A DNA stretch of 63,398 bases, filler included, from Octopus bimaculoides (Eukaryota), in the NCBI RefSeq assembly GCF_001194135.2. It is 8 parts of 7 records of this genome, joined end to end, with 100 filler letters (N's around TTAATTAATTAA, not from the genome) between each part and the next. Parts side by side here need not be neighbours in the genome. Positions count along the whole stretch, not along the records: positions 42,000 to 51,157 come from NC_069004.1; positions 51,258 to 54,868 come from NC_068993.1; positions 54,969 to 59,661 come from NW_026355411.1; positions 59,762 to 62,167 come from NC_068982.1; positions 62,268 to 63,398 come from NC_069001.1; 3 more parts are not named here. One strand, given 5' to 3'. Made by a program: the position numbers and the translations under genes. The notes under the pieces were generated by a model. That model was not told the origin of the DNA. It did no database searches and saw only the letters and a list, made by a program, of their open reading frames with translations. This document shows, in pieces, positions 48,950 to 63,398 of the stretch. Numbering within the stretch: the stretch's first letter is position 1; the number at the start of each line of letters is the position of its first letter.

Positions 48950-49200
48950 TGGTGGGGGTGGTGGTGGTGGTGGGGATGACGGTGTTGATGATGATGTTGA
49001 TGATGGAGTTGATGATGTTGATGATGGTGGTGTTGATGATGATGATCTTGGTGATAGTGGTAGTCAAGGTTTCCATAAGAGTGATTGTGATAGTAATAGT
49101 GATAATTTGGTGGTAGTATTGATGATGGTGGTGGTGGTGCTGTTGATGGTAGTGGTTGTGATGATTGTAGTAGTGATGTTGGTGATTGTAGTGGCAGTGG
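48950..49200. repeat. (GAT/GGT)n low-complexity tract
   Basis: Directly visible. Confidence 0.85.
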
Positions 49201-49204
49201 TACT

Positions 49205-49726
49205 AAGAGTAAAAGGACTTTCGCATCCGCAAAGCTCTTGCTTGGGAATGCATATAACAGACTCTGGTGCTCAAACCTTCTACCCACGTTAAAAGTTAAA
49301 ATATTTAGAATACTGATGGAGCTGGTCCTGTTCTGTGGTTCAGAGATCTGGACCTCATCGGCTCTCTTAGAAGAGCAACTAGATGGAATATATATCAACC
49401 TGCTCAGAAAGATACAGAACATCTGCTGAAGATCACACCCAACACTTAGTAACATCTACGGAAATCTGATAGCAATATCCCTCAAGCTAAATCAGAAATG
49501 GCTACAATTTACTCGCCACTGTCAACGAGAAGAGAAAGAGGTTATCTCATCCCTGCTCCTATGGAAGTGTTTTCTCCAGGAAACTAACATTTCCAGACAC
49601 TATACCTCGGGACTCGGGCTGGATATTAGAGATCTGAACACAGCAATGTAGGACCGTTTAGTGTGGAAAGGGATTGTCAATGGAGTTCCGACCAACCATA
49701 CGTTGGTCGAAGGATGATGATGATGA
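49205..49726 (+). mobile_element. RTE-like LINE 3' fragment with (GAT)n tail
   Basis: NRLWCSNLLPTLKVKIFRILMELVLFCGSEIWT...LEEQLDG.Y..LLRK, ending in ggatgatgatgatg. Confidence 0.75.
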
Positions 49727-50216
49727 AAAGTGATTAGATGGAGGAATGCAGCGCATTGGTGGTTGTGGAGTGTTGGTAAAAGTAAGCTTTTAGCAATCAG
49801 TCAGACTAGACAGAGAGGGGCAGGGGGGAAAAAGTGAGGCGAGACAAGGAGAAGAAGAGAGAAAGAGATAGAAAGAGAAAAAGGGAAAAGAGAGGAAGGT
49901 GGAAAGGGAAAGAGAAAGGGAGAGAGAGGCGGAGAGAAAGAGGAAGAGAGGGGAAGAGGAGAAGGAGAGAGAGAAATAGTAGTTTCTTATTCTTATTAAA
50001 GATGCATCGTCGCTACCACCACCACTATCGTTATTGTCACTACTACCATCATCATCATATCACTATCATCAGCACAATGTCCACGTCGTCATTGTTGTCA
50101 CACTATTATTTTGTCACAAACATTAGTTTTTGCTTGGTCTGTCATAAATTAATACTCCCCTTCTCTCCACCATCTGCCACAGATTGTCATAAATCTAGTA
50201 AAAAATCTAGCATCTG

Positions 50217-50277
<61 letters not shown>

Positions 50278-50384
50278 AAACACAGTAACAGATTTTCATC
50301 TTATGGGAGAGGAGGGATGTTAAACGAAAATAAATCATTTCCAAGGACAAATTAGGATGTTACTAAAGAAATCATTATTATTAT

Positions 50385-50582
50385 TATTGCTGGCCGAATA
50401 GTAAGCACACTGGACGAAATGCTTAGTGATATTTTGCCCGTCGCTACGTTCTGAGTTCAAATTCCGCCAAATACCTTTCATCCTTTCGGGGTTGATAAAA
50501 TTAGTACCAGTTGAACACTGGGGTCGATGTAATCAACTCAGCCCTCCCTCAAAATTGCTGCCCGTGTGGCAAAATTTAAAAA

Positions 50583-50628
<46 letters not shown>

Positions 50629-50850
50629 GCTGGCAGAATCGTTAGCACGCTAGACAAAATGCTTAGCGGTATTTCTCCCGTCGCCACATTCTGAGTTCAA
50701 ATTTCGCCGAGGTTGACTTTGCCTTTCATCCTTTTGGGGTCGACAAATTAAGTACCAGTGAAACACTGAGGTCGACGTCATCACCAAGTCCCGTACCCTC
50801 AAATTTCAGGCCTTGTGCCTATAGTAGAAAGGATTATTATTATTATTATT
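50385..50850 (+). mobile_element. Two head-to-tail SINE A copies separated and followed by (TTA)n
   Basis: Heads at ~50390 and ~50630; (TTA)n at ~50584-50628 and ~50833-50852. Confidence 0.88.
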
Positions 50851-50852
50851 AT

Positions 50853-51157
50853 TGTTCAGTAGTTTTATTTTTATAATGTGCTTTCACTTCACTACCTAGC
50901 GCAGCTCTGTGCGCCTTGGGTATGTGCTGTGGTTTGCTGTGATGCTCTTATGGTTACTGTATTGAAAGTGTTTTGCCTAGGATGTGTGCAGTGCCCAGTA
51001 ATGCAATTTTCTGTATGTTATATATATTTGTAAGTCCTAGTGTTTTTGTTATGTATTTGTCTGAATATTTTTTTATTATATCTAAGGCACCTACTATGAT
51101 AGGAATTGTTTCTGTTTTTAGATTCCACATTCGAGTTACCTCTATTTCCAGGTCTTT
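50853..51157 (-). mobile_element. R4/Dong-like LINE 3' end
   Basis: KDLEIEVTRMWNLKTETIPIIVGALDIIKK...IQKIALLGTAHIL, then a 3' UTR and (TAA)n. Same family as the 27599 copy. Confidence 0.88.
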
Positions 51158-51295
51158 NNNNNNNNNNNNNNNNNNNNNNNNNNNNNNNNNNNNNNNNNNN
51201 NTTAATTAATTAANNNNNNNNNNNNNNNNNNNNNNNNNNNNNNNNNNNNNNNNNNNNATTCCCAGTGATCACTTATTAGCTTTAAGCTTATAAAA

Positions 51296-51329
<34 letters not shown>

Positions 51330-53608
51330 TACAGAATTGTAAAACATCAGCACCGCTTATCAAATCATTGCAGAAAACGCACATGATTATTATTATTATT
51401 TTAATCGAGTAGAATAACCCAGCATTTCGTCTTGGGCTATGATACTTATTTCTCAACAGTACAACCCACCAAAATACAACAAGTTGCTACTCACAGAATT
51501 ATGTTTGTTTAGATTTTTGTTTTGTTTTTTTCTCTTTTCTCTTTTTACGTTACCTTGCAATGCTGAGTTAAATTTAGAGACAGAGATAAGTTAAGAGAGT
51601 ACAAGCAGATTTAACAGTACTCAACGTTAAAGATCACAGATTGCATTGGTTTGTATGCTGTGGATATACGGAAAAAAATACTGATCTGAATTCAATAGGC
51701 AAAGCAAGTTAATGTGCTACGAATCTAAGAACAATTGGGGTGGGGGTCGATATTCTTTGGAAAAGAGAATGTGCCAATACCACCATGCACCCTTCTTCCA
51801 GGGGGTAAAAAACCTCATCTTTTCATTGCGTGTAACAATATCATAGATCTAGCAACTACAGGCAATAATTTTAGCTGGGACTCGCAGGATCAGCGCTGTT
51901 GGATCCTAAGAACTTTTCTGTGTAGAGGCCCGGATATCATCTTCCTTCGACTTTTCACCCAAGCATCTTTTTACCTACAATGAAGTCTTCTCGCATCAAA
52001 CAAAACATCAGCATTTTCCTGTCACCACTACATACAAAAAAAACTTATCTAATTTATTAACTTTAACTGAATACTTTTGGGGGTTTTTTCTGTTTACTTT
52101 TCTTTCTTTGCCCAATATGGACACCACCGCCCTTACATCGTTCTTCTGTCTGTGCTTTGACGTATTTTCTCTATTTATATTTTCAAATATTTATTTATTG
52201 TATAGACAACGGTTCTGTTGTTCTGTTGTTCAATTGTTCTCTCAACGATGCACTCGGAGTGATGTGGTAGATGTATCTTGCTATCGTGTTCGCCCGTATG
52301 TATATATGTATGCATGTACGCTTGAGTGTGTGAGTATATATACATACATACATGCATATATTTATATATATATATATATATNNNNNNNNNNNNNNNNNNN
52401 NNNNNNNNNNNNNNNNNNNNNNNNNNNNNNNNNNNNNNNNNNNNNNNNNNNNNNNNNNNNNNNNNNNNNNNNNNNNNNNNNNNNNNNNNNNNNNNNNNNN
52501 NNNNNNNNNNNNNNNNNNNNNNNNNNNNNNNNNNNNNNNNNNNNNNNNNNNNNNNNNNNNNNNNNNNNNNNNNNNNNNNNNNNNNNNNNNNNNNNNNNNN
52601 NNNNNNNNNNNNNNNNNNNNNNNNNNNNNNNNNNNNNNNNNNNNNNNNNNNNNNNNNNNNNNNNNNNNNNNNNNNNNNNNNNNNNNNNNNNNNNNNNNNN
52701 NNNNNNNNNNNNNNNNNNNNNNNNNNNNNNNNNNNNNNNNNNNNNNNNNNNNNNNNNNNNNNNNNNNNNNNNNNNNNNNNNNNNNNNNNNNNNNNNNNNN
52801 NNNNNNNNNNNNNNNNNNNNNNNNNNNNNNNNNNNNNNNNNNNNNNNNNNNNNNNNNNNNNNNNNNNNNNNNNNNNNNNNNNNNNNNNNNNNNNNNNNNN
52901 NNNNNNNNNNNNNNNNNNNNNNNNNNNNNNNNNNNNNNNNNNNNNNNNNNNNNNNNNNNNNNNNNNNNNNNAAATACTCTGAGCTGAATAATAATCAGAA
53001 AACGACATTTTCCAGTGACATAATACAGTTTGAGGCGGAAGCAATCTGACATTGAAAAGGTTAAAAGGTTAAAGTTAACTTTGGCGAAAATAATATTCAC
53101 TTCGGTGCAATCCAAGTCAGAATAAAAAGCTCTATTGTCCGATTTTATTTTTATTTTATTTATTTTATTTTTGTTATCTATTTATTTTATTTTTGTTATT
53201 TATTCTATTTTATTTTATTTTATCTTATTATGTATATATGTGTATTTATTTTATTGCTGATCGATTCTGATGTAGAAGTCCGTGATTTGGTCAGACGAAC
53301 TGAAGATGTTTCTGTTGTCGTGTGTATTCTTAGTAATTAAGTTTTTAATGTTATAAGCTGTCGTTGTTGTTCTTCAGCCCCAGGTAATTCTCAACTGAGC
53401 AAAACTAAGATCAAAGACGCTCTGATTGTGACCATCACGTATATTTTGTATATATTAGAATTACATTGGCCAGTATGCTTTTTTTCCTTTTATAAGATAT
53501 TGAAAAATTGAAAAAGGGAATTTGGTTGCAATTTTTAACGGGTTGAACGATTGCATAGAGACTCCTCCGTGGTTCCTTAATGTATAAGTTACATAAGCAG
53601 ACAGACTG

Positions 53609-53659
<51 letters not shown>

Positions 53660-53988
53660 TTGATTGATTGAGTGAGTGAGTGAATGAGTGAGTGGGTGAG
53701 TGAGTGATATAGATGAATAGATAGATTTAGATGCTCGTCATCAAGATAATAATAATGATAATAAAAATGGTAATACTACCCCAGTGTCACTTTGATAGCA
53801 TATCGTCAGCCACCAAGGGACATTCTCAACTGGTTAAGGTCAAACAACTGGTAAGCAAGTCTGTGGTATGGATCAAAATATTTGCTGTAGCCCATCTTTT
53901 ATACTAAGACAAAACAATGTAACATGATAACATTTCCAATCAGTTAAGATCAGAAAGTCATCGTCAACGCCGTCGTCGTCGCCGCCGT

Positions 53989-54020
<32 letters not shown>

Positions 54021-54714
54021 TCGCCATGGTGGTGTTCATCGACATTCTCAACCATATGTCAGACGAAATATTTGCCGATTAGAAGTTGTGAAGTTTGGTA
54101 TTTAAATACTAAATAATATTGCGCTGGTTCCGGATCATCTGCTGCCATATGAAGAATTGTCTGTTACTTTCTTTCTTCATTCGTTTACTTAAATTTATTT
54201 ATTTATTTCTAATTGTCTGCGCCCTCCATATTGATTACAGTATTTTTTTTCTTTCTCTCTTAGTTATTTTTATTGATGTCGTCATTGTTGTTGTTGTTGT
54301 TGCTATAACTGTTGTTGGTGTTACTGTTGGTGTTTTGATTGTTATTTCACAATGCGGTCCACTGACCATTTCGGTATCAATGCTACTTGCAAACAGACAG
54401 AACGTCTTCGCTGACATTTATTGGGCGCCGACCGATCTCACTCTTGATTGTTTCATAAGAACGAAAGGCAAAGAACTCCGACCTCAGCTGCTCTGATCTC
54501 ACCACATCACTTCCTCTTTTTATATTTTTTTATATGAATTTCGTCTTTATATATATATATATATCTGTTTCTTTTTTTCAGCCATTGGAATGTGGCTCCA
54601 GTACCTTTTCTTTTAAGATTCCATTAATCTCTTTCGCCGAACTGTTATGTTATAAGGACGTAAACAAACCAAAACTTGTTGTCAAGGGGTGAGAGAGAGA
54701 GACAAAATCACAGA

Positions 54715-57830
<3,116 letters not shown>

Positions 57831-58097
57831 AGAAGCAGAAATTTAGTACAGCATCTCACCAGTGAGGTTTCGGTACACGATGTGTTGAAACGATCGTAGT
57901 GAATGATAATTTTTTGAGATTCTAGAAAAGCTTCCTCTCGGTGAGTCATTCATATGTTTTGTTATATTTTCTAAGGAAGCAGAGCATATGACAATCTTTA
58001 GGGTTCGAAAAAATGATGGAAGCAACGAAGGATATTTATCGCAGATATTAAAATAAGCCCCAAGAAGAAATAAGTATTAGGATCAATTCATTCGACT

Positions 58098-58215
58098 AAA
58101 AATTCTTCAAGTCAAAGTCGACATCGGCGGAATTTGAACTCAGAACATGAAGACAGACGAAATACCGTTAGCATTTCGCCCGGCCTGCTAACGATTCTGC
58201 CACCTTGCAGCCTTT
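58098..58215 (-). mobile_element. SINE family A head
   Basis: Reverse complement of gcagaatcgttagcaggccgggcgaaatg...gagttcaaattccgccg. Confidence 0.8.
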
Positions 58216-59060
58216 ACAAAGAAAAATATTAACCACACAGCTATGACAAATATGCGTCCATAAACGCCATACTTTTTTGGTAGATCAATAGCTCAATAAA
58301 ACTGAGTACGAATCAATGAACGGAGATCGATAATTATGGATTGAACTCCCGTCTATAACACCTATGCCGAATAGAAAAAGAACCGCAATTATTTGCTGGT
58401 TTGGGTCAATATAATAATTGTTTAGGGTTACCTACTTGCCATGAGAGTGTTGTTTCGTTTCCGTGTAAGGGGTACTTAACAGCTTTAATGTATGTAGTCA
58501 TTGTATAAACACACGTTCATGTTTTACGTATAGGTGCGATAGAATAACATCAAATAAAGAAATGACAATAATAAAAGGAAAACATAATTCCTGCAATAAA
58601 TTGATTCTGAAGACGAAAGAGTAACTCGATCCGAGTCGATTGTGTTTTTGAAACGAACGAAAGATTGGAGAGGAGAGGGTATGGATGCAAAGGGGGTATA
58701 TATANNNNNNNNNNNNNNNNNNNNNNNNNNNNNNNNNNNNNNNNNNNNNNNNNNNNNNNNNNNNNNNNNNNNNNNNNNNNNNNNNNNNNNNNNNNNNNNN
58801 NNNNNNNNNNNNNNNNNNNNNNNNNNNNNNNNNNNNNNNNNNNNNNNNNNNNNNNNNNNNNNNNNNNNNNNNNNNNNNNNNNNNNNNNNNNNNNNNNNNN
58901 NNNNNNNNNNNNNNNNNNNNNNNNNNNNNNNNNNNNNNNNNNNNNNNNNNNNNNNNNNNNNNNNNNNNNNNNNNNNNNNNNNNNNNNNNNNNNNNNNNNN
59001 NNNNNNNNNNNNNNNNNNNNNNNNNNNNNNNNNNNNNNNNNNNNNNNNNNNNNNNNNNNN

Positions 59061-59370
59061 AGCCTAGTACTTATTCTATCAGTCTCTTTTGCCGAACCAC
59101 TAAGTGATGGGGACATAAACACACCAGCATCGTTTGGCAAGCAATGCTAGGGGGACAAGCACAGACACACAAACACGCACACACACACACATATATATAT
59201 ATACATATATACGACGGGCTTCTTTCAGTTTCCGTCTACCAAATCTACTCACAAGGCTTTGGTCGGCCCGAGGCTATAGTAGAAGACACTTGCCCAAGGT
59301 GCCACGCAGTGGGACTGAACCCAGAACCATGTGGTTGGTAGGCAAGCTACTTACCACACAGCCACTCCCG
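59061..59370 (-). mobile_element. Composite C-microsatellite-B SINE
   Basis: C head, internal (TA)/(TG) tract and B module up to a gap. Confidence 0.88.
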
Positions 59371-60579
59371 GATGAATGCATGTGTATGTATGTGTGTGCC
59401 TGTATCTATTGTAGTTTTTAAATGAAAGTTAAGACAAAAATGCAATAAAGATGTTGAGAGTATTTATATATTTGTTTAAATTGAGGTTACAAGTATACAA
59501 AAATGTATACACAAACATAATCACACGCTTATATACACATACATATATACAGGTAAACATACGTTCATACATACACCCACCCATCGAGCCATTGTCGCAT
59601 ATATACAAAAGATGCGTATAGCCAACCGTACAGCGACACATACATCCATACATCCGTACATNNNNNNNNNNNNNNNNNNNNNNNNNNNNNNNNNNNNNNN
59701 NNNNNTTAATTAATTAANNNNNNNNNNNNNNNNNNNNNNNNNNNNNNNNNNNNNNNNNNNNATTCTAGATATTATTTGTACTTTTTGTGTAAAACACAAT
59801 CTTTACACATGTATACATATTCTCAGAACTGTTTAAAATATATAAATAGACAGAATGTAACGTCTAATAGTTGATGCATACTACCTCTGGATCACCTCCA
59901 TTTCTGCTTGCCGTATAAAGTGAGGGTAAAACCACTTGTTACCCTCGACCATTTATTACGCCCAGTAGTGTAATTGACATGCAATAAGCAACACTTGTGT
60001 ATTAATAATTGGGTATTCTACCAGCAGTATATTGGATAAATACTATCCCTTAGTTGGTTGGATTCACAACCCCTAACTCTGTTTGAATTTATATATAAAC
60101 ATTAAAACTACCATTTCAGTATCTATAAAGCAGTGTAAATAACAACACTAAAGAAAATGCTTCACGGTTTTTGTCTTTTTTTATTTGAATGAGCCTTCAG
60201 AAATAGCTATTCGCTGAAATGTTACACTTATAAACAATTGTGGGAGACAGCCGAGCTGGGATGAGCAGCATAGAAAAGGATGATAGTGCAAATAGGGGCG
60301 AAAACTAATTGGATAATGAGTAAGATAAGAAAACGAATAAGTTTTCTAACACATAACAGTTGCCAATGTCCCAAATTGTTAAATAATCTGAGAGGGTAAT
60401 ATTCCACTGTTGTGTGGTCGAGCAAGTATCGTTTCACCGATGAAACAGCATGGTCTGAATATACATCTTTCTATCTGATATTGGAACAGGAAACCGTACG
60501 CGAGAGAAGTGATAATTTCCAAGTTAATATCTCCTTGAACGGTATGAGTCAAGAACAGAAACTAGCACTTCGCCGGTTT

Positions 60580-60860
60580 TGGACGACGAGTGTTCCAGTT
60601 GATTCGATCAACAGAATAGCCTGCTCGTGAATTTAACGTTAAGTGGCTGAGCTCCCCACAAACATGCGTACCCTTAATGTGGTTTTCAGTTACACAAAAC
60701 GTGTTAAGGTTGGCCCTTTGAATTACAGCTACAACTCATTTTCGTCATCTGAATAGACTGAAAGTGAAATAAAGTGTCTTGTTAAAGGAAAAAAACGCAT
60801 CACTGGAATCGAACTCATGACATTACGACGTTCGTGTAATAAAAACACTAACCACTAAAT
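60580..60860 (-). mobile_element. SINE family E (degenerate)
   Basis: Matches the 3705 and 10735 copies in reverse. Confidence 0.75.
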
Positions 60861-62125
60861 CACGCGCCTTCACTAGGAACAGTAAATGAACACAGAATCG
60901 TAAAGAATCACAAATTTAAATTCTTAAATCAAACAAGTCGAATATGGGAATCTACATATGTTAACCAGAATTCCAACTTATGAAAGCAACTTCATTGACC
61001 AATTTAGTTTCACTTAAATTTGATACGAGTAGTTCACGCTAGAGCAAACTGCATAGATAATTGCACTAAATTTCGTCTAAATTATAAAAGCAATTCACTG
61101 TCTACTTAGTATAATCTAACGTAAGCGCTAAAAACCCAATTCTTTTTTTTTTTTTGCATTAGACAAGAACATTTCTCCAATGCTAATTAAGGAGTGAAAG
61201 CTTTGAAAACGATATTTTGCAAAATTCTGAGGTGCACAAGACAGTTTCTGCTTGAATGTTTTTATAGTGTTGGGAAGTAAATTAGTTCCCACTTGATATC
61301 GGATTTATATTCTTGTATTTTTATCAAACGTGTATCACTGGTTCAGAGATAGGAATAATACTTGGCCAACATAATAAAAGACATTCGTTAGTATGTGAAT
61401 CAAGATAATGTCAGTTAGGTATTAAAAGAGACGTATAGTTTGGATCTGTTCGTATGAGATTTTCCAAAATTATATCTGGTCGAATAAGAGTAATTTATGC
61501 AGTTTTCTGTTTGACGTGAAGTTTGATAAGTAAATTCGAAGGATGGGGAAATGTTTCTGCAACAATTAAAATAATCCTTTTTCAATGGGTTTCGAACATT
61601 TCTTGTTGCAGCAATTGTGATTATATTTCTGTGTTAGCTTATTTATACTCTGCTTATGAGTGAGGTTTGATTATTATTATATATTAAGTACCAGGTAACG
61701 TTGTAAAGCATCGAGGTAATATTTAACTTTTACTCGATATCCAATACAATATTACGATAAAGATGTGGTATATTACGGTTCAAAACGTTCGACAAATTTG
61801 CGTCTCCCACAACTGTTATATATTTTAAAGCTTAATCATTTTTCTAACGTATATATTATAAAATTTTCAGCCTTCTCTACTTTTCTTTTTTTGCCTGTTA
61901 TCTCTGTTCCTTACGGCTTCCTTATACCTCAGACATTTTCTATATATTCAAGTTTCCATTGAACCTTTCAATTATGCTGAATTTTTGTGAGATTTCACTT
62001 AGATATGTGAGGAGGAGTGTTACATGAGGCATGTCCCAGTGTGTGCCTGCTTTATGTCTGGCTAAAGCCTCTTAGTCAGAAATATATGTTGAGTAAGATA
62101 TAAGAGTTAATGTAACCATCTAAGG

Positions 62126-62167
<42 letters not shown>

Positions 62168-62856
62168 NNNNNNNNNNNNNNNNNNNNNNNNNNNNNNNNN
62201 NNNNNNNNNNNTTAATTAATTAANNNNNNNNNNNNNNNNNNNNNNNNNNNNNNNNNNNNNNNNNNNNTAATGAAAATAAACAGAAAGACTTATTTGTATA
62301 AAGATATAAAGAATATATTCTTGTTAGTTGATATATCGTAGAAATAAATGCTACAGTTTACTTAATTGAAACAAAAACAGAACTATAATGAAGAAATAGC
62401 TGTAGATTATGGTTGAACGAAGAAAAAAACTGTTTCTGGCTCTTCTAGAGAACAGTCAACTATATTTTCTTGTACTTTACTAGGATAACGGTTTATGTGA
62501 GACCAACTAGATGTAAATATAATCAGAACCAGAATTTGCAACTTGATATAGTCATGTTCCAGCCATGACCATCCTGTCTTTTTTCTTCGGATACAGTGTA
62601 TTGACGATTACACTATCCAATCTGTCCATCATTTTTGTAACAGATCGGTGTAAGTTGAAGGAAAATTGGCTGCTGTTTCTTGCTCATGAAGCAGCCATGT
62701 AGAGAACTTCGCGTCAGCTTTAAGTTAACTGCCGATCTTTTTCTTTGCTAAAGTACCACAAATGGTATACAATTCTATATGTCTGAGATGAGGAATTTTT
62801 ATCATGTATACTATTTATATTAATCGGACTGGTGTCCTCATCTTGGTTGGTGAATT

Positions 62857-62898
62857 CACTACGTTTCGGCTGTTGTATGCTCCAGCCTTCTTCAGGTG
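62857..62898 (-). ncRNA. Minimal type I hammerhead ribozyme-like motif
   Basis: CAC-CUGAAGA-A-GGCUG(gagcauacaa)CAGCC-GAAACG-UA-GUG: intact core, 5-bp stem II, palindromic ACGU stem III and GUA triplet. Confidence 0.75.
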
Positions 62899-62985
62899 TT
62901 TTGTGACATCTCAGAAATATAGAATTGTATATCCAGTGAGTATGGATCCGATATAGACATCAGTGGAGGTTTAGAAGCCTTAAAA

Positions 62986-63055
62986 GGGAATAGCGTAGTG
63001 GATAAAGGCGTTGGCTAAAGTAGTGCATTCACCAAGAGGTGCTGAGTTCAATTCC
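62986..63055 (+). promoter_or_regulatory. tRNA-like Pol III internal promoter (SINE head)
   Basis: A-box-like TAGCGTAGTGG (62991-63001) and B-box-like GAGTTCAATTCC (63044-63055). Confidence 0.55.
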
Positions 63056-63072
63056 ATGAAAGGATTACGTGA

Positions 63073-63114
63073 CACCTGAAGAAGTCAGTGGGGTATAACA
63101 ACCGAAACGTTGTG
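63073..63114 (+). ncRNA. Degenerate second copy of the hammerhead motif
   Basis: CAC-CUGAAGA-A-(stem II decayed)-CC-GAAACG-UU-GUG; the 3' flank resembles that of the 62857 copy. Confidence 0.55.
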
Positions 63115-63154
63115 ACAGCAACAACAAGCAAGAGGAGGCCACCGCTATAGTTGT

Positions 63155-63360
63155 CTTTCACTTGTTTCAGTCATTAGACTGCAGCCATGCTGGGGCACCG
63201 CCTTGAAGAATTTTCAGTCGAACGTATTGATCCCAGTACTTATTTTATTTAAGACCTCGTGCTTATTTTATCGACATCTTTTGCCGAACCGATAAGTTAC
63301 AGGGACGTAAACACACCAACACCGATTGTGAAGCGGTGGTGGTGGGGACAAGCACACACG

Positions 63361-63398
<38 letters not shown>
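63155..63398 (-). mobile_element. SINE B module plus (CA)n
   Basis: Reverse complement of family B. Confidence 0.8.

Noticed and set aside
51700-52320. Minus-strand short frames and UTR-like sequence
   Set aside because: The frames close quickly and show no recognisable product.
53873-54055. Acidic ORF MVENVDEHHHGDDDD...
   Set aside because: It is a (GAC)n microsatellite fused to an interspersed repeat.
60357-60541. Plus-strand exon-like frame (YSTVVWSSKYRF...NISLNG|gtatga)
   Set aside because: There is an in-frame TAA after the candidate acceptor, no recognisable domain, and no partner exons.

Overview
Eukaryotic, AT-rich, repeat-dense draft-assembly sequence with many N gaps, several containing an artificial TTAATTAATTAA pad. 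The SINE, microsatellite and LINE content suggests an octopus (cephalopod) genome; this is an inference. Nearly all ORFs in the supplied track are microsatellite or gap artefacts, and the real genes are spliced. Two host genes are supported, both on the minus strand. (1) A complete four-coding-exon gene at 24356-31423 encodes a ~208-aa type I membrane protein with signal peptide, one atypical Ig-like domain, a TM helix and a short tail. (2) The first coding exon of a Polycomb-type chromobox gene (MELPNMGDRVFAAECIQKRRIRK) lies at 17065-17133; its downstream exons are not visible. The remainder is transposon debris: Penelope-like (RT plus GIY-YIG), R4/Dong-like LINEs in (TAA)n arrays, RTE and L1/Tx1 fragments, a gypsy fragment and a solo LTR, mariner, Merlin, a Helentron-type element, MITEs and at least four SINE families. 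The most unusual signals are RNA-structural: three minimal type I hammerhead-like motifs (one just downstream of a Pol III tRNA-like head, one inside a 25-bp inverted repeat), a covarying H-type pseudoknot motif repeated in one SINE family, and a tandem hairpin array.
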